A DNA stretch of 21,996 nt from an uncultured archaeon (GTDB lineage: Archaea; Asgardarchaeota; Lokiarchaeia; Sigyniarchaeales; SOKP01): the NCBI GenBank assembly GCA_964508365.1, contig CAZDTP010000058.1:1-21996 (forward strand). Reading direction: 5' to 3'. The notes below the pieces were generated by a model that was given only the letters and a program-made list of their open reading frames with translations, had not been told where the DNA came from and made no database searches. Position 1 is the first letter of the stretch. Each line of letters begins with the position of its first letter. Below are positions 14,171 to 21,996 of this stretch, in pieces. Made by a program: the position numbers and the translations under genes.

Positions 14171-15325
14171 TTATATTCCTACGCCGATGGTATTTCCTAT
14201 ACCGGCAACTATAACCTTTGCTCCTTTCTCAGTACGTTTCCGAATCCCCATTTTAATATTTTCTACAATGGGATGAACGCTTTTAGTGATTGGTCGCGAC
14301 ATTGTTGTTATCGCATTTTCTAAAGATTGTCTACAGATAACTGCATCAATAGGAATAGCTTTTTTGCTTGAAGATTCCTCGATATAAAACTTTTCAACTC
14401 CAATTCCTCCAATAGCAGCACCAACTCCGATTGCGATTGACCCTGTTTTATCTCCAGAAAATTTAAGACCAGCATCGATCATTACTATCCGAGATATGGA
14501 TTCTCCGTGTTCTTCAATTAATTTTTTAATCGCGGTACCTGGTTTTCCAACGGTTCCCCCAGGTCCCTTAGCTCGTACAACATATATTGTTCGATCTTCA
14601 AAAACAACCTCTTGTAGGATAGTATCTCTTGCAATTTCAATGGCTTCAATATCGTCGCTATTTGAGACATCTCTTACAAAACTTCCGGCAACTAGAGGTC
14701 CAAGAGCGTCACCAATTGGACTTCCTTCAGCAAAACATTTTGTAGCGTGGTAGTACGATTTACCCATCGCTAAAATCATGGTCATCTGCATGGAAATCTG
14801 CATTAAGATAATGTAAGATTTAGATTTCTTTCCTAAGATTAAGAAATGTTTTACTAAACGATAAATATAATCTACAGCCATAGCAGCTTCAAGTACATTT
14901 TCTAAATTCTGAGCTTCTTGAGTTCCAGGCTCAACATTTGGGGCTAAACCTACGATTTCTTCTTTGAATCTCTCATCCCTTACATCAATGATGTGGTCAA
15001 GTTTTGGGATTATGCCATAAGGATCAAGATCAACAGGAGTAATAGCGATGAAAGTTAAGAAATTTTCAATGTGGAGCATTAAATCCTTATCTGTTTCTTT
15101 TTTGTCAGCGTATTTTCTAAAACTCGAAAGTAAAATCTGTTTACACTCGTCATTCCATTTTTTTAATTTTTCCAATCCAGTTTCGATCTCTCTTGATGAG
15201 CGCCACGCTTGTAGTTTAGTACCATAAAACATTGACATAAATATAAGGGCAAACCATAGTAAATTAAAAATTAATCCGAGAGGATCGGTTTCCGTTTGGC
15301 CAAGCTGCATTATTTGTATAATCAT
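14171..15325 (-). CDS. DUF1512 family protein (archaeal, N-terminal membrane anchor)
   Basis: PVDLDPYGIIPKLDH, PIGDALGPLVA, RAKGPGGTVGKPG, IDAGLKFSGDKTG, GVGAAIGGIGVEKF and VAGIGNTIGVG match my recollection of the DUF1512 consensus. SD AGAGGT upstream. Confidence 0.85.
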   Translation of the reverse strand: MIIQIMQLGQTETDPLGLIFNLLWFALIFMSMFYGTKLQAWRSSREIETGLEKLKKWNDECKQILLSSFRKYADKKETDKDLMLHIENFLTFIAITPVDLDPYGIIPKLDHIIDVRDERFKEEIVGLAPNVEPGTQEAQNLENVLEAAMAVDYIYRLVKHFLILGKKSKSYIILMQISMQMTMILAMGKSYYHATKCFAEGSPIGDALGPLVAGSFVRDVSNSDDIEAIEIARDTILQEVVFEDRTIYVVRAKGPGGTVGKPGTAIKKLIEEHGESISRIVMIDAGLKFSGDKTGSIAIGVGAAIGGIGVEKFYIEESSSKKAIPIDAVICRQSLENAITTMSRPITKSVHPIVENIKMGIRKRTEKGAKVIVAGIGNTIGVGI

Positions 15326-15474
15326 ATTTAACCTCTCTTTGTATTAAATGATAAGTATAATTGAAATATTAAATCTATTAAGTTTTCATAATAACAAAAT
15401 TTATTTAATCTTATATTCTTTTCTATTATAGAGTATAGTTTACAAGATATCTATAAAAAAACGGACGGATATTA

Positions 15475-15912
15475 GTGATTGATGAAGAAGACGATGAAGA
15501 AATTTTAAAGAAAAAACATTCTTTGAAGAGCATTTTAAAAAATCTTTTGTTGATTGGACTCATCGGTATAGGAGTTCTTTTTATGTATATTGGAGGTCCT
15601 AATCAAACTACCAACCTAATAATAGGTTTCACTTTCATTTGTATAGGGACTACAATATTTCAAATGAAAAAAAGTCCCAGTGATCCAATAAGACAAACTT
15701 TAACCATATTAAAATGTAAATCTTGTGGTGCTATTATAGTAAGGAATTACGAGGATGGGGATTTCATTTTTAAGTCTATGGGGTCCTGCGATAAATGTAA
15801 TAATTCCATGGAAATACATCAGATTTATAGTGTTAAACTAAAGAAATCTCCGAAAAAAGACGATAAACGGGAAGAAAGCAAAAATAAATTAATGGAAACA
15901 ATAGAAGTTTAA
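15475..15912 (+). CDS. Hypothetical 2-TM protein with C4 zinc ribbon
   Basis: GTG start, acidic N-terminus, TM aa ~24-40 and ~48-62, CKSC(81-84)...RNYEDGDFIFK...CDKC(105-108)...MEI..IY. Confidence 0.8.
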   Translation: MIDEEDDEEILKKKHSLKSILKNLLLIGLIGIGVLFMYIGGPNQTTNLIIGFTFICIGTTIFQMKKSPSDPIRQTLTILKCKSCGAIIVRNYEDGDFIFKSMGSCDKCNNSMEIHQIYSVKLKKSPKKDDKREESKNKLMETIEV

Positions 15913-15938
15913 TTCTTTATCAGTTAGGTGTTTCCTAT

Positions 15939-16385
15939 ATTTTAAATAAAATTGGAATGGGCGGAACTTTTGATCATCTTCACGATGGACATAAATTTTT
16001 ATTAAAAACAGCTTTGAGTTTATCCCAAACAATAGAGATTGGTTTAACATCTCAAGATTTGTTAAAAAATAAAAAAGCTCCTTCGAAGCTAGAAGATTAC
16101 AATACTAGAAAGAATACACTAAAAGCATTCATTAGCACTTTCACGGACATTCATCGGGTGAACATTGTTGAAATTAGAAATTGGGATGATATGGCTATAT
16201 ATTCTCAAGATCCAGAGTACGAAGGTTTAATTGTAAGTCAAGAAACCTATTCAAATGCCGTTAAATTAAGCGAACAAAGAGAAGCAAAAGGATTAGGGCC
16301 ACTAATTCTAATTGTTATTCCCCTTCTAAAGGATAAAAATAACAAAATAATAAGTTCAACGGTTATTCGAGAAGAATTAAAGTAG
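15939..16385 (+). CDS. coaD: Phosphopantetheine adenylyltransferase, archaeal type (cytidylyltransferase superfamily)
   Basis: GGTFDHLHDGH (HxGH), IGLTS, LIVSQETY, ISSTVIR. The track start ATG 15957 cuts the first beta strand (KIGM-GGTFD); the start proposed here is ATT 15939, 8 nt after AGGTG. Confidence 0.85.
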   Translation: MLNKIGMGGTFDHLHDGHKFLLKTALSLSQTIEIGLTSQDLLKNKKAPSKLEDYNTRKNTLKAFISTFTDIHRVNIVEIRNWDDMAIYSQDPEYEGLIVSQETYSNAVKLSEQREAKGLGPLILIVIPLLKDKNNKIISSTVIREELK

Positions 16386-16681
16386 ATAATTTTTTTAGTT
16401 AGTAATACTATTTTATCATATAATTGAGTGATTACTTGAGAAGTGAAGATTTAATTTTGTGTTTTTATGGAGTATTAAGATCAACTACTGAATATTACTA
16501 CCGAGTTTCATTTAATTTCAAAAGTTTTATTCTGCCAAGGGAATAATACAAGGAATTTATAATATTTCTCTTGGCTGCGGATTTAAATTGAAGATATCAG
16601 TCTTTTTTTAACTTAAAGCTGTGTTTAGTTGCTAAATATCGTCCTAGTTCTTGAAAGAGCAATTTTAACCGATATCCTTCA

Positions 16682-16696
16682 CGAAAGATTTAAAAA
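16682..16696 (+). promoter_or_regulatory. Candidate BRE+TATA for the pheS-pheT-pheA unit
   Basis: CGAAAG-A-TTTAAAAA, about 55 nt upstream of the pheS ATG. Confidence 0.5.
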
Positions 16697-16751
16697 TGTT
16701 AGAGATTTAGAAAAAATATATTAGATAGTAAATAAATTTTGATTTAGAGAT

Positions 16752-18287
16752 ATGACTATTAAACTAAGAAAACAAGTAATTGAAATTCTCGAAGTAATTA
16801 AGAAGAAAAACACTGAACTATTGGCTTCAGAATTAGCCAATGACCTTGATATCGATTACATTGTACTTATGGCAGCAATTAATGATCTTATAGAAGAAAA
16901 CCTTGGTGGATTTAGAGAAGAAGATGTAAATCAGATAGTATTAAATGAAGAAGGTAATGATTACTTAGAGAACGGTTTACCTGAACGTCAATTACTCAAT
17001 ATCCTGTTAGATTCCAACATAAAAGAAATTAGGATTGAAGATTTATATATTAAATCTAAACTAGAAGAGCAAATTTTTTATGTGGGACTTGCTAATATGA
17101 AGAAAAACCGATGGGTAGCGCAGAGTAAAGCCTCTGGCGAAAATAAACTTTTTCTTGTGTTGGAAGATTTCCCTGAAACGGAAATTGAGAAATTTTTACT
17201 AAAGTTCAAGAAGAAATCTACTCTGAATTATTCAACTTTATCGAAAAAAGAAATAGAATACTTAGATTTATTGAATAAAAGAAAGTTAATTGTAAAAGAA
17301 AAAAAAACTCATCGCATTATTTTTCTTACAAATAAGGGGAAATCAATTAAAAAATCTGACTTTGAGGAATTAGAACAGGTAAGTAAAATAACCCCAGAGA
17401 TGCTTAGTGCTGGTACTTGGAAGAATTACAATCTAAAACCTTTTGATATTACAAAACCGGGTCCATTGTTAAAAGCGGGAAAAACACATCCTCTTATAAA
17501 TCTGATTAATGAAATTAGAGAAATCTTCATTTCAATGGGTTTTACTGAAATAAGAGGTCCGATCGTTGAAAGTGCGTTTTTTAACTTTGACGCATTATTC
17601 CAACCACAAGACCATCCTGCACGCGAATTACAAGACACTTTTTATTTAAACAATCCAAAAGTTGCAAGGCTACCAAACAGAGATAGGGTGATGGCTGTTA
17701 AAGCAACCCATGAGAATGGAGGAGATTCTGGTTCGTTAGGTTGGAGGTATAAATGGAACGAAGACATAGCGAAGCAAACAGTATTAAGAACTCATACGAC
17801 CTCAACGACTATGAGGAGATTAGCTCAATTCTATAAAGATAACGATAAAACTCCAATAAAAGTATTCTGTATAGACAGAGTATTCCGAAATGAAAAGTTA
17901 GATAAATCTCATTTAGCAGAGTTTACACAAATAGAGGGTATCGTTATCGATGAAAATGTTAACTTAAGTGATTTGATAGGGTTATTATCCGAGTTTTACA
18001 GGAAGATGGGCTTTAAAAAAATAGTAACAAGACCTGGATTTTTTCCATACACTGAACCCAGTATGGAAGTCTCCGTATATTATGACAAATTAGGAGAATG
18101 GTTAGAAATGGGTGGTTCAGGTATTTTTAGACCAGAAGTAACATCCCCTTGGGGCATCAAGAATCCAACGAGGGTATTGGCATGGGGACAAGGACTTGAA
18201 CGAATAGCGATGCTGTACTATGACCGAAAAGACATTAGAGATTTATATATTAATCCTATTAAATGGTTGAGACAGCAACCATACTAA
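16752..18287 (+). CDS. pheS: Phenylalanine--tRNA ligase alpha subunit, archaeal/eukaryotic long form
   Basis: N-terminal winged-helix extension, GKTHP, FFNFDALFQPQDHPARELQDTFYL, LRTHTTS, DRVFRNE, HLAEFTQIEG, FFPYTEPS, GSGIFRPE, AWGQGLERIAM. Confidence 0.97.
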   Translation: MTIKLRKQVIEILEVIKKKNTELLASELANDLDIDYIVLMAAINDLIEENLGGFREEDVNQIVLNEEGNDYLENGLPERQLLNILLDSNIKEIRIEDLYIKSKLEEQIFYVGLANMKKNRWVAQSKASGENKLFLVLEDFPETEIEKFLLKFKKKSTLNYSTLSKKEIEYLDLLNKRKLIVKEKKTHRIIFLTNKGKSIKKSDFEELEQVSKITPEMLSAGTWKNYNLKPFDITKPGPLLKAGKTHPLINLINEIREIFISMGFTEIRGPIVESAFFNFDALFQPQDHPARELQDTFYLNNPKVARLPNRDRVMAVKATHENGGDSGSLGWRYKWNEDIAKQTVLRTHTTSTTMRRLAQFYKDNDKTPIKVFCIDRVFRNEKLDKSHLAEFTQIEGIVIDENVNLSDLIGLLSEFYRKMGFKKIVTRPGFFPYTEPSMEVSVYYDKLGEWLEMGGSGIFRPEVTSPWGIKNPTRVLAWGQGLERIAMLYYDRKDIRDLYINPIKWLRQQPY

Positions 18288-18303
18288 AGTGAGGTGAAAC
18301 ATA

Positions 18304-19980
18304 ATACCAACCCTAGAATTAAAACTTGAAAGATTAGAAAAATTAGTAGGAAAAAAACTTAATATCGAAGAATTGGAATACGATCTACAATGGATAGGAT
18401 TAGATTTAGAAGATATTAACAAGGAAGAACAAATACTAAAAGTGGAATATAACCCGAATAGACCTGATTATTCAAGTCCAGAAGGGATTGCGAGAACATT
18501 AAAGGGATACTACGAAATCGAATTAGGAGCACCAACTTTCGATTTACAAAGGAGTGAAATAATAGTTACTGTAGATCCGAGCGTAAAGAAAGTGAGACCT
18601 TTCATAGTATGTGGTATCGTTAGGAACATTGATTTAGACGAAGAAGAAGTTGCTACTTTAATGAATATCCAAGAACACCTTCACTGGGCAGTAGGTAGAG
18701 ATAGAAAAAAAGTCGCAATCGGTGTCCACGACTTAGACAAGGTAAAACCTCCATATCGATATACTGCTGTTAAACCAGATTCCGTAAGTTTTATACCCTT
18801 GCATGGAGATGGATATGCTATGAATTTAGAAGAAATCCTACTCCTCCACGATAAAGGAATTGAGTACGCTAAAATTTTAGAAGGAAAAGAGCTTTATCCT
18901 ATCATTTTTGATAGTAATAATGAAGTTCTTTCATTTCCACCAATAATAAATGGCATTTTAACCACTGTAACGGATGAAACAAAAAACTTATTCTTAGATT
19001 TGACTGGAACAGATTTAAACGCCGTTAATCTGGCTTTAAATATTTTATCTACAACTTTATCTGACATGGGAGCAAAGATCGAAACCGTAGAAGTGAAATA
19101 TGAAGGGGGAAAAGATTTAATTACTCCCAATCTAGATCAAAGTAAATGGGAAATTGAAATTGATTATATTAATAGCTATCTTGGTTTAAATTTAACTAAA
19201 ACTGAAATGATTAAATGTTTCCAAAAAGTTAGATTAGATGCTGAAGAATCCAAGAAGCAAGGTTATCTAGATGTTTATATTCCTGCTTTTAGAGGTGACA
19301 TCATGCATCCAGTTGATCTTACTGAAGAGGTAGCTATTGGTTATGGCTATTTTAATTTACCGAAATCGATTCGAGAAGGATGTATTGGAAAGTATCATCC
19401 AATTCAGACGTTTTCAAATAAAACTCGAACAATTATGATTGGAGCAGGATATCTGGAAGTTCTCAATTTCATTTTAACCAGTTCAGAAAAACATTATGAT
19501 TTCATGAGACAAGAATACGAAGAATCTGATTTAATTCAGATTGCTAACCCGGTGTCAAAAGAATACAACACAACCCGAACTTCAATATTACCTAATCTAT
19601 TAGAAAACATCCGTTTTAATAGATCAGAAGAGAAACCAATCAGAATATTTGAAGTTGGAGATGTCGTTCTGCTCGCTAAAGAGGAAGAAACAGGAGCTAA
19701 ACGAGAAGTCCATCTCTCTGCGGTATCATATCACGAGGACGCAAATTTTACAGAAATAAGATCGACCTTAGATTTCATAATGATGGCATTAGGGAAATTT
19801 AACGAATATGAGGTAAAGGCTGAGAAAAATCCTAGTTATCTTAATGGTCGTTATGGAGATATATATATAAAGGATGTTAAGATTGGTGAAATTGGTGAAA
19901 TTCATCCAGAAGTTTTGCTGAATTTCAAACTTGAGTTTCCAGTGGCAGCATTAGAACTAAATTTGCAGAAAATTATGTAA
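18304..19980 (+). CDS. pheT: Phenylalanine--tRNA ligase beta subunit, archaeal type
   Basis: PNRPDYSSPEG, QEHLH..GRDRKKVAIGVHDLD, SFPPIING, PAFRGDIMHPVDLTEEVAIGYGY, ANPVSKEY, IGEIHPEVL. The frame extends 23 codons upstream of the track TTG (18373) to ATA-CCA-ACC (xPTLEL..LEKLVGK), 7 nt after GAGGTG. Confidence 0.95.
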   Translation: MPTLELKLERLEKLVGKKLNIEELEYDLQWIGLDLEDINKEEQILKVEYNPNRPDYSSPEGIARTLKGYYEIELGAPTFDLQRSEIIVTVDPSVKKVRPFIVCGIVRNIDLDEEEVATLMNIQEHLHWAVGRDRKKVAIGVHDLDKVKPPYRYTAVKPDSVSFIPLHGDGYAMNLEEILLLHDKGIEYAKILEGKELYPIIFDSNNEVLSFPPIINGILTTVTDETKNLFLDLTGTDLNAVNLALNILSTTLSDMGAKIETVEVKYEGGKDLITPNLDQSKWEIEIDYINSYLGLNLTKTEMIKCFQKVRLDAEESKKQGYLDVYIPAFRGDIMHPVDLTEEVAIGYGYFNLPKSIREGCIGKYHPIQTFSNKTRTIMIGAGYLEVLNFILTSSEKHYDFMRQEYEESDLIQIANPVSKEYNTTRTSILPNLLENIRFNRSEEKPIRIFEVGDVVLLAKEEETGAKREVHLSAVSYHEDANFTEIRSTLDFIMMALGKFNEYEVKAEKNPSYLNGRYGDIYIKDVKIGEIGEIHPEVLLNFKLEFPVAALELNLQKIM

Positions 19981-20020
19981 TCTATTTATAAATTTGAATA
20001 AATACTGATGTGGATTTAAA

Positions 20021-21121
20021 TTGACCGAAGAAGAGAAATATAAAGAGGAATTGAAGGAGTTAAGGAAACGTATTAATGAGATTGATGATAAAATTGTAGA
20101 GCTTTTTAATAAACGAGGAAATTACGCTATAACAATAGGAAATATAAAGAAAAATCTAAAGTTAGAAATATATCAACCTAAACGGGAAGAAGAAGTAATC
20201 GAAAGAATCAAAAATAAGCCAACTACATTTAAAAAGGAAAGTATGGTAGCTATCTGGAAGGAAATTATGAGTGCTAGTAAAGCAATTCAAGGTACTATTT
20301 CTAAAGTTGGATATTTAGGTCCTATGGGGACTTTCACTCATCAAGCCGCTCTTGAGTTCTTCGCTAAAGCTGGAACGCAATTTATTCCATATAGCTCTAC
20401 ACCAGATATTTTCGATAGTATTGAAAAAGGGGAATTAAATTTTGGCATAGTTCCCTTTGAAAATAGTCTACAAGGAACCGTTAGAGAAACCTTGGATTTG
20501 CTTATTGAGAGAGATCTATTTATTTATGGAGAAGTTGAAGTTAGAGTAATTCAAAATTTGATTTGTTTAAGCGATGCAGAACTTTCTGACATAAAAAACA
20601 TATTTTCACACCAACAAGCATTTGCACAGTCTAAAGCTTGGTTAAAAGCAAATTTACCGAATGCAAACATTTTAGATATAAGCTCAACAGCAGAAGCGGT
20701 CAGAAGAGTGCGTAAGCTAAACGATAAATCTTATGCTGCAATAGGCCCTGAAATTGCTGCTGAATTATACGATCTGAAGGTTCTTAACTCTAAGATTGAA
20801 GATGAGAGTTCAAATTTCACAAAGTTTCTAGTTTTATCAAAAACCGAGAATCCTTTAAAAGGGGAAAAAATGAAAACCTCTATCGTTTTTGTTACTAAAC
20901 ATGTACCAGGAGCACTTTATTGGGTTTTAAAAATATTCTCTGATGCGGAAATCAACTTATCAAAAATAGAATCTAGACCGCGAAGAAAAGGGAGATGGGA
21001 ATACATTTTCTTTATGGATTTTGAAGCAGACAAAAACGATTCCAATGCAAAATTTGCTCTCGATCAGATGAAATCTAATGTGATATGGCAGAAAATATTA
21101 GGGAGTTTTCCTCTCAATTAA
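20021..21121 (+). CDS. pheA: Bifunctional chorismate mutase (AroQ)/prephenate dehydratase with ACT domain
   Basis: LRKRINEIDDKIVELFNKR..KK..PKREEEVI (CM); YLGPMGTFTHQAA, PFENSLQGTV, SHQQAFAQ, NFTKF (PDT); PGAL, LSKIESRP, YIFFMD (ACT). TTG start. Confidence 0.94.
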   Translation: MTEEEKYKEELKELRKRINEIDDKIVELFNKRGNYAITIGNIKKNLKLEIYQPKREEEVIERIKNKPTTFKKESMVAIWKEIMSASKAIQGTISKVGYLGPMGTFTHQAALEFFAKAGTQFIPYSSTPDIFDSIEKGELNFGIVPFENSLQGTVRETLDLLIERDLFIYGEVEVRVIQNLICLSDAELSDIKNIFSHQQAFAQSKAWLKANLPNANILDISSTAEAVRRVRKLNDKSYAAIGPEIAAELYDLKVLNSKIEDESSNFTKFLVLSKTENPLKGEKMKTSIVFVTKHVPGALYWVLKIFSDAEINLSKIESRPRRKGRWEYIFFMDFEADKNDSNAKFALDQMKSNVIWQKILGSFPLN

Positions 21122-21268
21122 TAGTTTCAATATAAGATGTATTTTTTCTATTCCTCATCAATTTAAAATTATTTTAATCAATTTCTTTTTTAATAAATTA
21201 ACATTATTATTATTATTCTCATATAATTCAACAGATAATTGTATAAATAATACTCTGGTTTTGTTTTT

Positions 21269-21996
21269 ATGCTTGGAAATGCAAGGTTTGACGGAAGAGA
21301 ATTCGACGAGATAAGGAAAATTACGTTCGAGAGGAATTTTTTGAAATTTCCTGAGGGTTCCGTCTTAGTAACCCAAGGAAACACAAAAGTAATCGTTGCC
21401 GCCTCAATAATGGAAAATGTTCCTAGATTTTTACAGGATACTGGAACAGGATGGATTACAGCAGAATATAATATGTTACCAAGAGCCACTCAATCAAGAA
21501 ATCAAAGAGAAAGAGATAGCTTAAGAATAAGAGGGAGAACTCATGAAATTCAGCGTTTAATAGGAAGAAGTATGAGGGCTGCTTTTAATTACGAAAAAAT
21601 CGGCGAACGCACGATTAAGATAGATTGTGATGTAATTCAAGCGGACGGCGGAACTAGATGTGCTTCTATAACTGGAGCTTTTATTGCTGTTTTTGATGCA
21701 ATTAATTTCTTGTACAACGAACAAAGAATCTATGAATTTCCAGATTATAAAGTAACAGCTGCTATTTCATTAGGTATTAAAAATGGTAAAGTAATATTGG
21801 ATCTAAACTACGAAGAAGATTCTAAAGTGGATGTTGATTTTAACCTTGTAGCTAACGAAGATCTTGAAATAATTGAAATCCAGGGAACCGCAGAGGGAGC
21901 GCCGTTTAATAAGGAGAACTTGAATAGAATGCTAGATTTAGGTCAAGAAGGCGTGATGGAGTTAATTAGAGCACAGAAACAAGTATTAAATCTATA
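21269..21996 (+). CDS. rph: Ribonuclease PH, bacterial type; 242 codons visible, stop just beyond or at the window end
   Basis: Manual translation from ATG 21269: MLGNARFDGREFDEIRKITF...EGSVLV..GNTKVI...GWITAEYNMLPRAT..R..RE...GRTHEIQRLIGRSMRA...IDCDVIQADGGTRCASITGA...LDLNYEEDS..DVDFNLV...IEIQGTAEGAPF. The window ends mid-codon at TA. Not in the ORF track. Confidence 0.95.
   Translation, partial: MLGNARFDGREFDEIRKITFERNFLKFPEGSVLVTQGNTKVIVAASIMENVPRFLQDTGTGWITAEYNMLPRATQSRNQRERDSLRIRGRTHEIQRLIGRSMRAAFNYEKIGERTIKIDCDVIQADGGTRCASITGAFIAVFDAINFLYNEQRIYEFPDYKVTAAISLGIKNGKVILDLNYEEDSKVDVDFNLVANEDLEIIEIQGTAEGAPFNKENLNRMLDLGQEGVMELIRAQKQVLNL

Noticed and set aside
12123-14753. Short + strand ORFs at 12123-12344, 12766-12987, 13586-13885, 14129-14323 and 14496-14753
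   Set aside because: Antisense to longer, motif-bearing - strand genes; no independent evidence.
16428-16491. Possible C/D box sRNA (GTGATTA or GTGAAGA ... CTGA)
   Set aside because: Each C box has a mismatch, there is no credible D'/C' pair at correct spacing and no terminal stem.
16498-16689. - strand 62-codon frame interrupted by a single TGA (16599-16597); considered as a selenoprotein or pseudogene
   Set aside because: No good start codon, no Cys-like or redox context at the TGA, no AUGA/GA SECIS-like core seen downstream, no recognisable homology; plausible by chance.
17426-21489. - strand ORFs at 17426-17638, 18894-19130 and 21190-21489
   Set aside because: Shadows of pheS, pheT and the bacterial-type rph on the + strand.

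Overview
AT-rich (roughly 30% GC by eye), densely coding archaeal DNA. It is most consistent with an Asgard archaeon (Lokiarchaeia/Promethearchaeia). The basis is archaeal-type TyrRS, PheRS and PPAT, DUF1512, a strongly Vps29-like metallophosphoesterase, a 23-repeat SHOC2-like LRR protein and two SCP2-fold proteins; the taxonomy is inference, not a search result. Gene order: aor (5' part, -), LRR (-), Fe-ADH (-), SCP2-like (+), Vps29-like (-), tyrS (-), ppdK (-), HAD-IIA (-), 4-TM ORFan (-), RGG/2-TM/double-zinc-ribbon protein (-), CBS+4-TM protein (-), SCP2 (-), DUF1512 (-), 2-TM Zn-ribbon (+), coaD (+), pheS-pheT-pheA (+), and a bacterial-type rph (+) that runs off the end. aor and rph are missing from the ORF track because they cross the window edges. 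There are no rRNA, tRNA, CRISPR, transposase or integrase signals. Five observations stand out. (1) An apparently coupled pair of uncharacterised membrane proteins: CBS-tetraspan plus an RGG-rich/ectodomain/zinc-ribbon protein whose nested ectodomain resembles that of eukaryotic APD1-4-type RING E3 ligases. (2) Two essential genes (pheT, coaD) that appear to need ATA/ATT start codons behind good SD motifs. (3) DUF1512 looks like a circularly permuted HybD/GPR/YyaC-type aspartic protease. (4) A bacterial RNase PH in an archaeal context. (5) A Vps29-like protein that keeps the prokaryotic catalytic residue arrangement.
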